Source of the DNA: an uncultured Chloroflexia bacterium
Lineage (GTDB): Bacteria > Chloroflexota > Limnocylindria > Limnocylindrales > CSP1-4
DNA length: 64,000 nt
Assembly (NCBI GenBank): GCA_963746845.1
Contig: CAVVCZ010000004.1
Location: 384,001 to 448,000 of the forward strand
Direction: 5' to 3'
The first letter of the stretch is position 1, and every line of letters starts with the position of its first letter. This document shows, piece after piece, positions 27,234-35,316 of this stretch. The notes beneath the pieces were generated by a model that was not told where the DNA came from, did no database searches, and saw nothing but the letters and a program-made list of their open reading frames with translations. The position numbers and the translations under genes are program-made.

Positions 27234-28307
27234 CTGGACGAACCGCAGATCCCACCGCCTCCGTCCGACGTGCCGCCGGCACCGGACCCCGCGCCGGGTT
27301 CCGCGACCGGCTCGTCGTCGGATGCCGCCCCGCCGCCCACCGGCCCGGCCACGCCGCCGCCGAAGCCGCCCGCGAGCTCGGCCCCGCCGCCACCCGGGTC
27401 GGGGCCGCCACCGCCACCGAAGCCGCCGCCCGGCTCACCTCCACCCGGCTCCCCGCCGCCCGGCTCCCCGCCGCCCGGGTCGCCGCCGCCGCCGCCCGGC
27501 CCTGAGCCCGCGCCCGGTCTCGGCGAGCAGGTCTCCGCGACCCGCGAGGCCGCCAGGCGCCTCGTCGAGGCCCATGTCGAGCTCGCCAAGGCCGAGTTCG
27601 CGGAGATCGGCGATTCGGCCAAGCGCGCCTCGATCTACGTGGGGATCGCGGTCGGGACGGCGATCCTCGCGGCGCTGCTCCTGGGCGTCGGCCTGCCGCT
27701 GTTCCTCGGGGAGTGGATCTTCGGATCGATCGGCTGGGGGATCCTGCTCGGGCTCCTGCTCCTGGTCGCCGCCGCGCTCGCCGGCACCCTCCTCGCCCTC
27801 GAGCCCGCGATCAACGCCCACGTCGGCCGGGCGTTCGCGTTCGGAGTCTTCATCGGCATCGTCGTCGCGATCATCTTCGGCGGCAACCTGACGAACGCCG
27901 CGTGGGCCGTGCTCGCCGACAACGTGGCCGGGAACCTCGCGGCCGACTCCCGCCCGCTCGTGGTCGCCCTGATCTCCCTGAGTGCGATCGGGGCCGTGAT
28001 CGGCCTCGTCGTCGGCCTCGCGAATGGGCTCGGCACCCGGGCGATCGGGACGCTCGTCCTCGGTGCTCTGGCCGGCTTCGGGCTCGGCTACCTGACCGCC
28101 GCGGCGCCCGGTCCGCGGGTCGGCATCGCCATCGCGATCGCCGTCGGGCTGGCCGTGTGGATCGCCTACATGGTTCGCGCCCTCGCCGGCGCCGAGTGGG
28201 ACACGGAAGGATTCAAGGCTCGCTACACCCCGACCCGGACCATCCAGGCAACGAAGGAGACCATCGAGTGGGCACGCGAACGGATGCCGCTCTCGAAGCG
28301 CTCGTAG
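27234..28307 (+). CDS. Membrane protein with Pro-rich N-terminus and holin-X/YqjE-like segment
   Basis: HVELAKAE motif, multiple TMs and C-terminal PTRTIQATKETIEW. Start is CTG 27234 (GGGAG RBS) or GTG 27270. Confidence 0.65.
   Translation: MDEPQIPPPPSDVPPAPDPAPGSATGSSSDAAPPPTGPATPPPKPPASSAPPPPGSGPPPPPKPPPGSPPPGSPPPGSPPPGSPPPPPGPEPAPGLGEQVSATREAARRLVEAHVELAKAEFAEIGDSAKRASIYVGIAVGTAILAALLLGVGLPLFLGEWIFGSIGWGILLGLLLLVAAALAGTLLALEPAINAHVGRAFAFGVFIGIVVAIIFGGNLTNAAWAVLADNVAGNLAADSRPLVVALISLSAIGAVIGLVVGLANGLGTRAIGTLVLGALAGFGLGYLTAAAPGPRVGIAIAIAVGLAVWIAYMVRALAGAEWDTEGFKARYTPTRTIQATKETIEWARERMPLSKRS
27426..27500 (+). repeat. 15-bp coding tandem repeat (PPPGS)x4-5
   Basis: Units like ccgccgcccggctcc within the Pro-rich N-terminus. 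Confidence 0.7.
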
Positions 28308-28873
28308 CCGCGCGCTCCGACTTCGCGAACGAGGTCGACCGGCTCGAGGCGGCCGGGCGCGCCGCCGTGGACGTCCCCGCCAAGGTCCGGGCGAACCCGG
28401 GCAAGGCGGCGGGTGTCGCCGCGGGCGGCGCATTCCTTGTGGCCGGCGGGCCGCGCCGGGTCTTCCGCCGCGTCCGGCGGGCGGTGACGGGCAAGGAGGC
28501 CGAGCTGCCGTCGGAGCTGTTGCCGAAGGAGATCGAACGGACGCTCAAGAAGATGGGCACCGACGGGAAGGCCGTCCGCGGGACCATCGAGCGCGATTTC
28601 GCCAAGTACCTGGACGACCGGCAGAAGCAGCGCCAGCAGGAAGGCGTGGTCAACGCGCTGACCGGGCTGGTCTCGACGGCCCTCCGGCCGCTCGCGGTCC
28701 GTGGTGGCCAGCGGATCGCCCAGCGCATGCTCGACCCGGATCAGCCAGGCTTCAACGAGCAGCTCGACAGGATCCGCCAGCGCGCGCAGGCCGCGGCGTC
28801 GTCATCTCGTGGTTCGGGCGGCGAGACCGGGGGGAGCGGCTCGCCGGGTGCCCCGAAGGACGCCGGCCTCTAG
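28268..28873 (+). CDS. Hypothetical protein, DUF3618-like N-terminus
   Basis: AAGGAG RBS and GTG start overlapping the upstream gene; ARSDFANEVDRL followed by a short hydrophobic stretch. Confidence 0.65.
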   Translation: MGTRTDAALEALVAARSDFANEVDRLEAAGRAAVDVPAKVRANPGKAAGVAAGGAFLVAGGPRRVFRRVRRAVTGKEAELPSELLPKEIERTLKKMGTDGKAVRGTIERDFAKYLDDRQKQRQQEGVVNALTGLVSTALRPLAVRGGQRIAQRMLDPDQPGFNEQLDRIRQRAQAAASSSRGSGGETGGSGSPGAPKDAGL

Positions 28874-28916
28874 TCCGTCCCGGCAGCGCATCTTCAGGGC
28901 GTGCGTGAGCAGGCGC

Positions 28917-28922
28917 TAGACT
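28917..28922 (+). promoter_or_regulatory. -10 element of tRNA-Leu
   Basis: TAGACT 7 nt before the tRNA 5' end. Confidence 0.55.
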
Positions 28923-28929
28923 CGCCGAC

Positions 28930-29017
28930 GGGCGAGTGGCGGAATGGCAGACGCGCCGGCCTTAGGAGCCGGTGTCCCGTGAGGGACGTGGAGGTTCGAC
29001 CCCTCTCTCGCCTACCA
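28930..29017 (+). tRNA. tRNA-Leu(TAG)
   Basis: Acceptor stem GGGCGAG/CTCGCCT plus ACCA; anticodon arm CCGGC-CTTAGGA-GCCGG; long variable arm; T-loop GGTTCGAC. Confidence 0.95.
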
Positions 29018-29200
29018 CGTTCGGCGTTGCGACCGATCATCCGGCGACCCGACCGGGCCCGTGGCCACGCGACCCGCCGTTGGTCCGACCGGCCCAGCTC
29101 GGCCGACCCACGCGGATGCCGTTCGGCTCGGGATTCGGTCGAAACAGCACTGACCTGCGAGCCCTGGCGATCGACACCATCGGATCCAGGAGGTGTCGGC

Positions 29201-29722
29201 ATGCGCAGGATCGTCATGGGCATCGCAGCGGCGACGACGGTGGTGATCGGAGCCTTCTGGGTGTGGCGTCGCGACCCGAGGATCGGCTCAGGGTTCGTGA
29301 ACTCGGTCATGAACCCGTGGCTGATCAGCCGCGGGCTGGCGGGCGGCGAGGCGTCCGAGATCGGCATGCTCGAGCACGTCGGACGGAAGTCCGGGATCCG
29401 ACGGCTGACACCAGTGCATCCCGAGCCGACCAGTGAAGGTTTTCGGATCGTGCTGCCGCTCGGGCCGAACTCGCAGTGGGCGCTCAACGTTCTGGCCGCC
29501 GGGCATTGCCGAATGCAGCTCCACGAGACGGTCTACGACCTCGCCGAGCCGACGATGATCCCGGCGGACGACGCCGACAACCTGCCGGCGGCCGTGCGCG
29601 CCGCGATGGCGGGCCTCGGCTTCCGGTACCTCACCCTGCGGACGACCGGCGAACGTCGCGGGGCGCTCATGGCGGCACGCGCTGAGGATTCGCCCGGCCC
29701 CGGGATGCCGGCAGCGGCCTGA
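29201..29722 (+). CDS. Deazaflavin (F420)-dependent nitroreductase family protein
   Basis: AGGAGGT RBS; HVGRKSG..R.TPV and W.LNVLAAG motifs; N-terminal TM. Confidence 0.7.
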   Translation: MRRIVMGIAAATTVVIGAFWVWRRDPRIGSGFVNSVMNPWLISRGLAGGEASEIGMLEHVGRKSGIRRLTPVHPEPTSEGFRIVLPLGPNSQWALNVLAAGHCRMQLHETVYDLAEPTMIPADDADNLPAAVRAAMAGLGFRYLTLRTTGERRGALMAARAEDSPGPGMPAAA

Positions 29723-29799
29723 CCGGCCGGATCCGGGCTTCGGTCGCGGTTCGCCCCGATCCGGCTTGCCCGGACAACCTTGGGCTATCCTTCGCGGCG

Positions 29800-31248
29800 A
29801 TGCAGATCACGACCACACCCGCTGCCAAGAGCACCGTCGTCGTCGAGGTCGAGGTCCCGGCCGAACGCCTGACCACAGCCGTGGGCGAGGCGACCCGCGC
29901 CCTCTCCCGCCGCACGCGCGTCCCGGGCTTCCGCCCCGGCAAGGCCCCGCGCGGCGTCCTCGAAGCCGTCCTCGGCCATGGGGCCGTCCTCGATGAAGCC
30001 GTCGACCGGGTCGTCCAGTCGGCCTACCGGGACGCGCTGATCGAGAAGGAGATCCTGCCCCTCACGAACGCCGACGTGGAGATCGTCCAGGCGGAGGAAG
30101 GCAAGCCGCTGATCTTCAAGGCGACGGTCCCCGTCCGCCCGGAGGTCGAGCTCGGTGACTACCGGAACTTCAAGTTCACGCCGGAGATCGAGCCGACAGA
30201 CGACGCCCGAGTCGACAAGGTGATCGAGGAGATGCGCGACACGGGCGCGACGCTCGCCCCGGTCGAAGACCGGCCGGCCCGGAAGGGCGACTACGCCGTC
30301 ATCAAGTACGAGGGCACCCGCGACGGCGTCCCGTTCGATGGCGGCTCGACCGAGCGGATGCCGCTGATCATCGGTGAGGACCGCCTGATCCCGGGCTTCG
30401 AGGACGAGCTCGTCGGTCTGAACGTCGGCGACACGAAGGGCTTCGACATCACGTTTCCCGCCGACTACGGCGAGGAGTCGCTCGCCGGCAACCAGGCCCA
30501 TTTCGAGGTCGAGCTGCGCGAGCTCCGCGAGAAGGTCCTGCCCGACCTCGACGAGGACTTCGTGCGCTCGATGGGCGATTTCGAGGACATGGCCGAGCTC
30601 CGGAGCGAGATCCGCAAGCGGCTCGAACGGAACGCTCTCGACAAGGCGCGACACGGCTTCTCGGACCGGATCATCGAGTACGCGGTCGCGAACTCGACGA
30701 TCGACCTGCCCGACATCCTCGTCGAGCAGGAGGTCGAGGTGATGCACGACGAGTTCCGGAGCGCCCTCGCCCGGCAGGGGATCAGCGACGAGGCGTATGA
30801 GAAGGTCTCGGGCAAGAGCCACGAGGACCTCCACACCGACTTCCGGCCCGACGCCGAGAAGCGCGTCCGGGTCCTCCTCGTTCTGAGCAAGATCGCCGAG
30901 GTCGAGGGCCTGACGATCTCGGACGCCGATGTCGAGACGGAGATCGCCAAGGCTCGCGTCCGGTACGACGGGGACCAGAAGACCCTCCGCTACTTCGACA
31001 GCGAACGCGGCCGGAGCTACATCCGCTCGACGCTCCGCCGCAGCCGCGTCATCGAACAGCTCGTCGACGACTGGCTCGCCGCCCATCCGGAGCAGCCCCC
31101 GATCCCGCACATCGAGGACGGCCCGGCCGAGAGCGTCGACGAGGATCAGGCCCGATCGGTGGCCGCGGTCGACGCGACGGATCCGGGGTCCATCCTGGAG
31201 CCGGACCGCTCCGAAACACCGAGCGACGCCGCGGCGTCCCCCGGTTGA
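29800..31248 (+). CDS. tig: Trigger factor
   Basis: [10 protein letters not shown] signature and FKBP domain ([13 protein letters not shown]). Confidence 0.95.
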   Translation: MQITTTPAAKSTVVVEVEVPAERLTTAVGEATRALSRRTRVPGFRPGKAPRGVLEAVLGHGAVLDEAVDRVVQSAYRDALIEKEILPLTNADVEIVQAEEGKPLIFKATVPVRPEVELGDYRNFKFTPEIEPTDDARVDKVIEEMRDTGATLAPVEDRPARKGDYAVIKYEGTRDGVPFDGGSTERMPLIIGEDRLIPGFEDELVGLNVGDTKGFDITFPADYGEESLAGNQAHFEVELRELREKVLPDLDEDFVRSMGDFEDMAELRSEIRKRLERNALDKARHGFSDRIIEYAVANSTIDLPDILVEQEVEVMHDEFRSALARQGISDEAYEKVSGKSHEDLHTDFRPDAEKRVRVLLVLSKIAEVEGLTISDADVETEIAKARVRYDGDQKTLRYFDSERGRSYIRSTLRRSRVIEQLVDDWLAAHPEQPPIPHIEDGPAESVDEDQARSVAAVDATDPGSILEPDRSETPSDAAASPG

Positions 31249-31304
31249 TCAGCCAGCCCCAGTCCGCCTTCGAGCGACACCCACCGCAGCCCGGGAGACC
31301 CCAG

Positions 31305-32000
31305 ATGCTCGTTCCGATGGTCATCGAGTCCAGCAGCCGTGGAGAGCGCGCCTACGACATCTACTCGCGGCTGCTCCGGGAGCGGATCATCTTCCTCGGC
31401 GACCAGATCGAGGACCATGTCGCCAACCTGATCATCGCCCAGCTCCTGTTCCTCGACTCCGAGGATCCCGAGAAGGACATCAGCCTCTACATCAACTCGC
31501 CCGGCGGCGTGGTGACGAGCGGGCTCGCGATCTACGACACGATGCAGTACGTGCGGGCCCCGGTCGCGACGATCTGCCTCGGGATGGCGGCCTCGATGGC
31601 GGCCGTCCTGCTGGCGGCCGGCGCGGAGGGCAAGCGGTACGCGCTGCCGAACAGCCGGATCATGATCCACCAGGGGTCCGGCGGGTTCCGGGGCGCGGCG
31701 CCGGACGCGATCATCCAGATGAAGGAGTGGGAGTTCCTCGTCCAGCGGAACCACGAGATCCTTGCGAAGCACACCAAGCAGCCGCTGGACAAGGTCATCA
31801 CGGACACGAACCGGGACTTTTTCATGGCTCCCGAGGCGGCCAAGGACTATGGCATCATCGATTACGTCTACACGGCCACGGGCGACTCGCTGATCGCGCG
31901 CGCACATGATCTCGGCCTCGCGGGCGGGGAAGGGGGCGGGGTCCCCAACGCCGCGACGGAGGCCGAGGCCAAGTCCGACGGGGACAAGAAGACGAAGTAG
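31305..32000 (+). CDS. clpP: ATP-dependent Clp protease proteolytic subunit
   Basis: [25 protein letters not shown] and MIHQ. Confidence 0.95.
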   Translation: MLVPMVIESSSRGERAYDIYSRLLRERIIFLGDQIEDHVANLIIAQLLFLDSEDPEKDISLYINSPGGVVTSGLAIYDTMQYVRAPVATICLGMAASMAAVLLAAGAEGKRYALPNSRIMIHQGSGGFRGAAPDAIIQMKEWEFLVQRNHEILAKHTKQPLDKVITDTNRDFFMAPEAAKDYGIIDYVYTATGDSLIARAHDLGLAGGEGGGVPNAATEAEAKSDGDKKTK

Positions 32001-32021
32001 TTCAGGGAGCTCGCGATCTCG

Positions 32022-33332
32022 GTGACCACCAGCGGCACGTCCAAGGGACCCAAGGTTCCGTACCGCTGCTCCTTCTGCGGCAAGAGCCAGGAGCAGGTGC
32101 GGAAGCTCATCGCGGGCCAGGGCGTCTACATCTGCGACGAGTGCATCAACCTCTGCCAGGAGATCATCGAAGAGGAGATGCTCGAGGCGCCGAAGGCCAA
32201 GCCGGCGGTCGCCAAGCTCCCGAACCCCCGCCAGATCAAGTTCGCGCTCGACCAGTACGTGATCAGCCAGGAGCGGGCCAAGAAGGTCCTCTCCGTGGCG
32301 GTCTACAACCACTACAAGCGCGTGAACGCGGGTCACGCGGTCGACGAGGTGGAGCTCCAGAAGTCGAACGTCCTGCTCGTCGGGCCGACAGGCTCGGGCA
32401 AGACGCTCCTCGCGCAGACGCTCGCCCGGGTCCTTGACGTCCCGTTCTGCATCGCCGACGCCACGTCGCTGACCGAGGCCGGCTACGTCGGTGAGGACGT
32501 CGAGAACATCCTGCTGCGCCTGATCCAGGCGGCCGACTTCGACGTCGCCCGGGCCCAGCGCGGGATCATCTACATCGACGAGATCGACAAGATCGCCCGC
32601 AAGGCCGACAACCCGTCGATCACCCGCGACGTGTCCGGCGAGGGCGTCCAGCAGGCGCTCCTGAAGATCCTCGAGGGGACCGTCGCGAACGTCCCGCCGC
32701 AGGGCGGCCGGAAGCACCCCCACCAGGACTTCATCCAGATCGACACGACGAACGTGCTGTTCGTGTGCGGCGGCGCCTTCGACGGGCTCGAGAAGATCGT
32801 CGAGGAGCGCGTCGGCCGGCGGTCGATCGGGTTCGGCGCCGACGCCGGCGTCGCCAAGGCGGATCGCGGCAAGATCCTCGAGCGGCTGATGCCGGAGGAC
32901 CTGCTGAAGTTCGGGCTGATCCCGGAGTTCATCGGCCGGTTGCCGGTCATCGTGACGCTGACCGCGCTGACCGCGGAGGACCTCGTCCGGGTCCTGACCG
33001 AGCCGAAGAACGCGGTCACCCGCCAGTTCCAGAAGTTCCTCGGTCTGGACAAGGTGGAGCTCGTCTTCACCGAGAGCGCGCTCAAGGCCGCCGCCGACGT
33101 CGCGCTCGAGCGGAAGACCGGCGCCCGGGCGCTGCGGTCGATCGTCGAGGAGGCGCTCCTCGAGGTGATGTACGACATCCCGGAGCGCTCCGACGTCCGC
33201 AAATGCATCATCACCGAGGAGACGATCCGCGAAAGTCGGCTCCCGCTCCTCCTCACCAAGACCGAGGTCGACCGCGGCGTCGACGAGACGAACTACGAGG
33301 AGTGGCTCGCCGCCCGCGGCGAGACGGCGTAG
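32022..33332 (+). CDS. clpX: Clp protease ATP-binding subunit
   Basis: CSFCGK zinc finger, [19 protein letters not shown] and IGF loop. Confidence 0.97.
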   Translation: MTTSGTSKGPKVPYRCSFCGKSQEQVRKLIAGQGVYICDECINLCQEIIEEEMLEAPKAKPAVAKLPNPRQIKFALDQYVISQERAKKVLSVAVYNHYKRVNAGHAVDEVELQKSNVLLVGPTGSGKTLLAQTLARVLDVPFCIADATSLTEAGYVGEDVENILLRLIQAADFDVARAQRGIIYIDEIDKIARKADNPSITRDVSGEGVQQALLKILEGTVANVPPQGGRKHPHQDFIQIDTTNVLFVCGGAFDGLEKIVEERVGRRSIGFGADAGVAKADRGKILERLMPEDLLKFGLIPEFIGRLPVIVTLTALTAEDLVRVLTEPKNAVTRQFQKFLGLDKVELVFTESALKAAADVALERKTGARALRSIVEEALLEVMYDIPERSDVRKCIITEETIRESRLPLLLTKTEVDRGVDETNYEEWLAARGETA

Positions 33333-33756
33333 GGCCGCGCTCCTTCGCGGTCTTCGCCCCGCCACCGCGGCCCCGCGACCGAGGCCCGACGCCCCGCGGC
33401 CTCCCGCACGTTCGGTCCGCCGCCTCCAGTCGCAATCCGTAGGCGCCCCATTCATGGCGCGAACTCAGGCCACTGCCGAAGCCGCTCGTTGAGGCCACTT
33501 GGCGGAGGCCGCAGTCGTCGGGCGACTGGCCAGGCCGCGAAGCCGCCAGCCGCGGTTCGCTCGCTCGCGCCCCTTCGACCCGACGCGCTCACCCCATGCG
33601 CGTTGTCTGGCCAACAGAGGATCTGACCCGATCGTCGCGCCGATCCTCGGTGCCTGAACCAAGTCCCGCGCGCACCCGATGCGCGCGTCGATCGATACCG
33701 GCTCGCCATCGCCACGTAAGTGGCAACGAAGCCCGGACAACGATCCTGGGGCGTGC

Positions 33757-34506
33757 ATGGCCCGTGTCAGACGCCCGAACCTTGGTCCCGAAGCCGCACG
33801 ACGCAACCGTCAGCAACTCGCTCGCGCTGGCGCGGAGCTGCGAGACGGCCGCACCCGCCGGCAGTTGACGCAGGCGGCGGCGGGCGAGCGTGCCGGCATC
33901 GGGCGAAGCATTGTGTCGCGCATCGAGCGTGGGTTGGGCGGATCCGTCCCGATGGATGCTTGGCAGCGGCTGGGTCTCGCGGTCGGTCGACCTCTGGTGG
34001 TGACGCTGCAACGCGACATCGGCGGCGAGACGGCCGACGCGGGTCACCTGGCGATCCAGGAGCTCGTCCTTCGACGTGGACGGGCCGCCGGATACGCGAC
34101 CTCGTTCGAGCTCCCGACCCGTCCGGCGGACCCGTGGCGCTCGGCCGACGTCGGCCTCGCATCGGCAGCTCGCCGGCAGCTGGTTCACGTCGAGTGCTGG
34201 AACACGATTGGTGACATCGGAGCCGCGGTCCGGTCGAGCACCCGCAAGCGCGCCGAGCTCCACGACCTCGCGATCGCCCGGTGGGGCACGGCCGCGACCA
34301 CCGGCCTCGTCTGGGTCGTCCGCGCGACAAGCCGGAACCGCGCCCTCGTGGCCCGCTATCCCGAGGTGTTCGCCCGCGCGTTCGGCGGTTCGTCCCGGCT
34401 CTGGCTCGACGCCCTGACGACCGGCAGCCGACCGCCGACGGACCCCGGCCTGGTGTGGTGCGACGTCGGTGCGACCCGCCTCAGCGCCTGGCGCCGCACC
34501 GGCTAG
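33757..34506 (+). CDS. XRE-family HTH fused to a restriction-endonuclease-like (PD-(D/E)xK-type) domain
   Basis: LTQAAAGERAGIGRSIVSRIERG HTH; C-terminal H..IQE, FE, SADV and VECWN pattern. The nuclease fold is inferred. Confidence 0.7.
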   Translation: MARVRRPNLGPEAARRNRQQLARAGAELRDGRTRRQLTQAAAGERAGIGRSIVSRIERGLGGSVPMDAWQRLGLAVGRPLVVTLQRDIGGETADAGHLAIQELVLRRGRAAGYATSFELPTRPADPWRSADVGLASAARRQLVHVECWNTIGDIGAAVRSSTRKRAELHDLAIARWGTAATTGLVWVVRATSRNRALVARYPEVFARAFGGSSRLWLDALTTGSRPPTDPGLVWCDVGATRLSAWRRTG

Positions 34507-34515
34507 GCTCGCGCG

Positions 34516-35088
34516 GTGAACCACGACGACCACGTCCGCCTGATCCGCGCCGGCGTCGAGGGCGCCGGTCCGCGCTGGCTCGAGCTCGGGGCGGGGGAGG
34601 GTGCTTTCACGCTCGCCCTCGCGGACCTGCTCGGCCCGAACGGGGCCATCACCGCCGTCGACCGGGACGGGGCCGCCCTCGAACGGCTGCGCGTGACGAT
34701 GAGCCGCCGTTTCCCGGCGACGACGCTGGACACCACGGTGATCGACTTCGGCCGCGCCCTCCCCGACGGCCCATTCGACGGCATCCTCGCCGCGAACTCA
34801 CTCCACTTCGTGACGGACCCGGCTGCCGTCCTCGGGCGGGCGGTCAGCGCGCTCGGGCCGGGCGGCCGGGTGATCGTCGTCGAGTACGACGCGGATCGCG
34901 GCAACCCCTGGGTCCCGCACCCGTTCTCCGCCCGTCGCTTCCCGGAGATCGCCGCTGCGGCCGGGCTGACCGAAGCGCGCGAGATCGGCCGCGTCCCCAG
35001 CCGGTTCCTGGGCGCGATCTACGCTGCCACGGCACGCCCGGACGGCCTGCTACACTCCCGGCCTCACGGTGAGGACCGAGACGAGTAG
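34516..35088 (+). CDS. Class I SAM-dependent methyltransferase
   Basis: ELGAGEG motif I, FDGILAANSLHFV and LGPGG. Confidence 0.85.
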   Translation: MNHDDHVRLIRAGVEGAGPRWLELGAGEGAFTLALADLLGPNGAITAVDRDGAALERLRVTMSRRFPATTLDTTVIDFGRALPDGPFDGILAANSLHFVTDPAAVLGRAVSALGPGGRVIVVEYDADRGNPWVPHPFSARRFPEIAAAAGLTEAREIGRVPSRFLGAIYAATARPDGLLHSRPHGEDRDE

Positions 35089-35298
35089 GCCCGGAACGGC
35101 CACGAAGCGAGCGCGGGATGGTGCGAGCCGCGCGGGTGCGCCGGGACCGAAGTCGCTCGCGAGCCGTGCGGCTGGCGCCCGATAGCGCGCCACGAGGCCA
35201 CCCGGACCCGGCGCCCGCGATGAGCGGACCGCCCCGGGCTGGCGAACCAGCAGGTGGTACCACGACCCCGTTCGTCCGCTGGACGAGCGGGGCGTTTC
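35062..35298 (+). promoter_or_regulatory. T-box riboswitch leader (Val)
   Basis: AGTA box 35084, GAA-GTC specifier (Val codon 35152-35154), T-box AGGTGGTACCACG 35252-35264, terminator CCCCGTTCGTCC/GGACGAGCGGGG plus GTTT; -10 TACACT at 35051. Confidence 0.9.
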
Positions 35299-35316
35299 GA
35301 TTCCGAGGCCCGACCC

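Noticed and set aside
27234-28307. Prophage, suggested by the holin-like gene
   Set aside because: No endolysin, structural or integrase genes; this family is commonly chromosomal.
28930-29800. tRNA-anchored genomic island with att duplication
   Set aside because: No repeat of the tRNA 3' end was found by eye and there is no recombinase.
33467-33553. Possible CRISPR-like array
   Set aside because: Repeats are only 7 nt and degenerate, spacers are short, and there are no cas genes. Kept only as a motif cluster.
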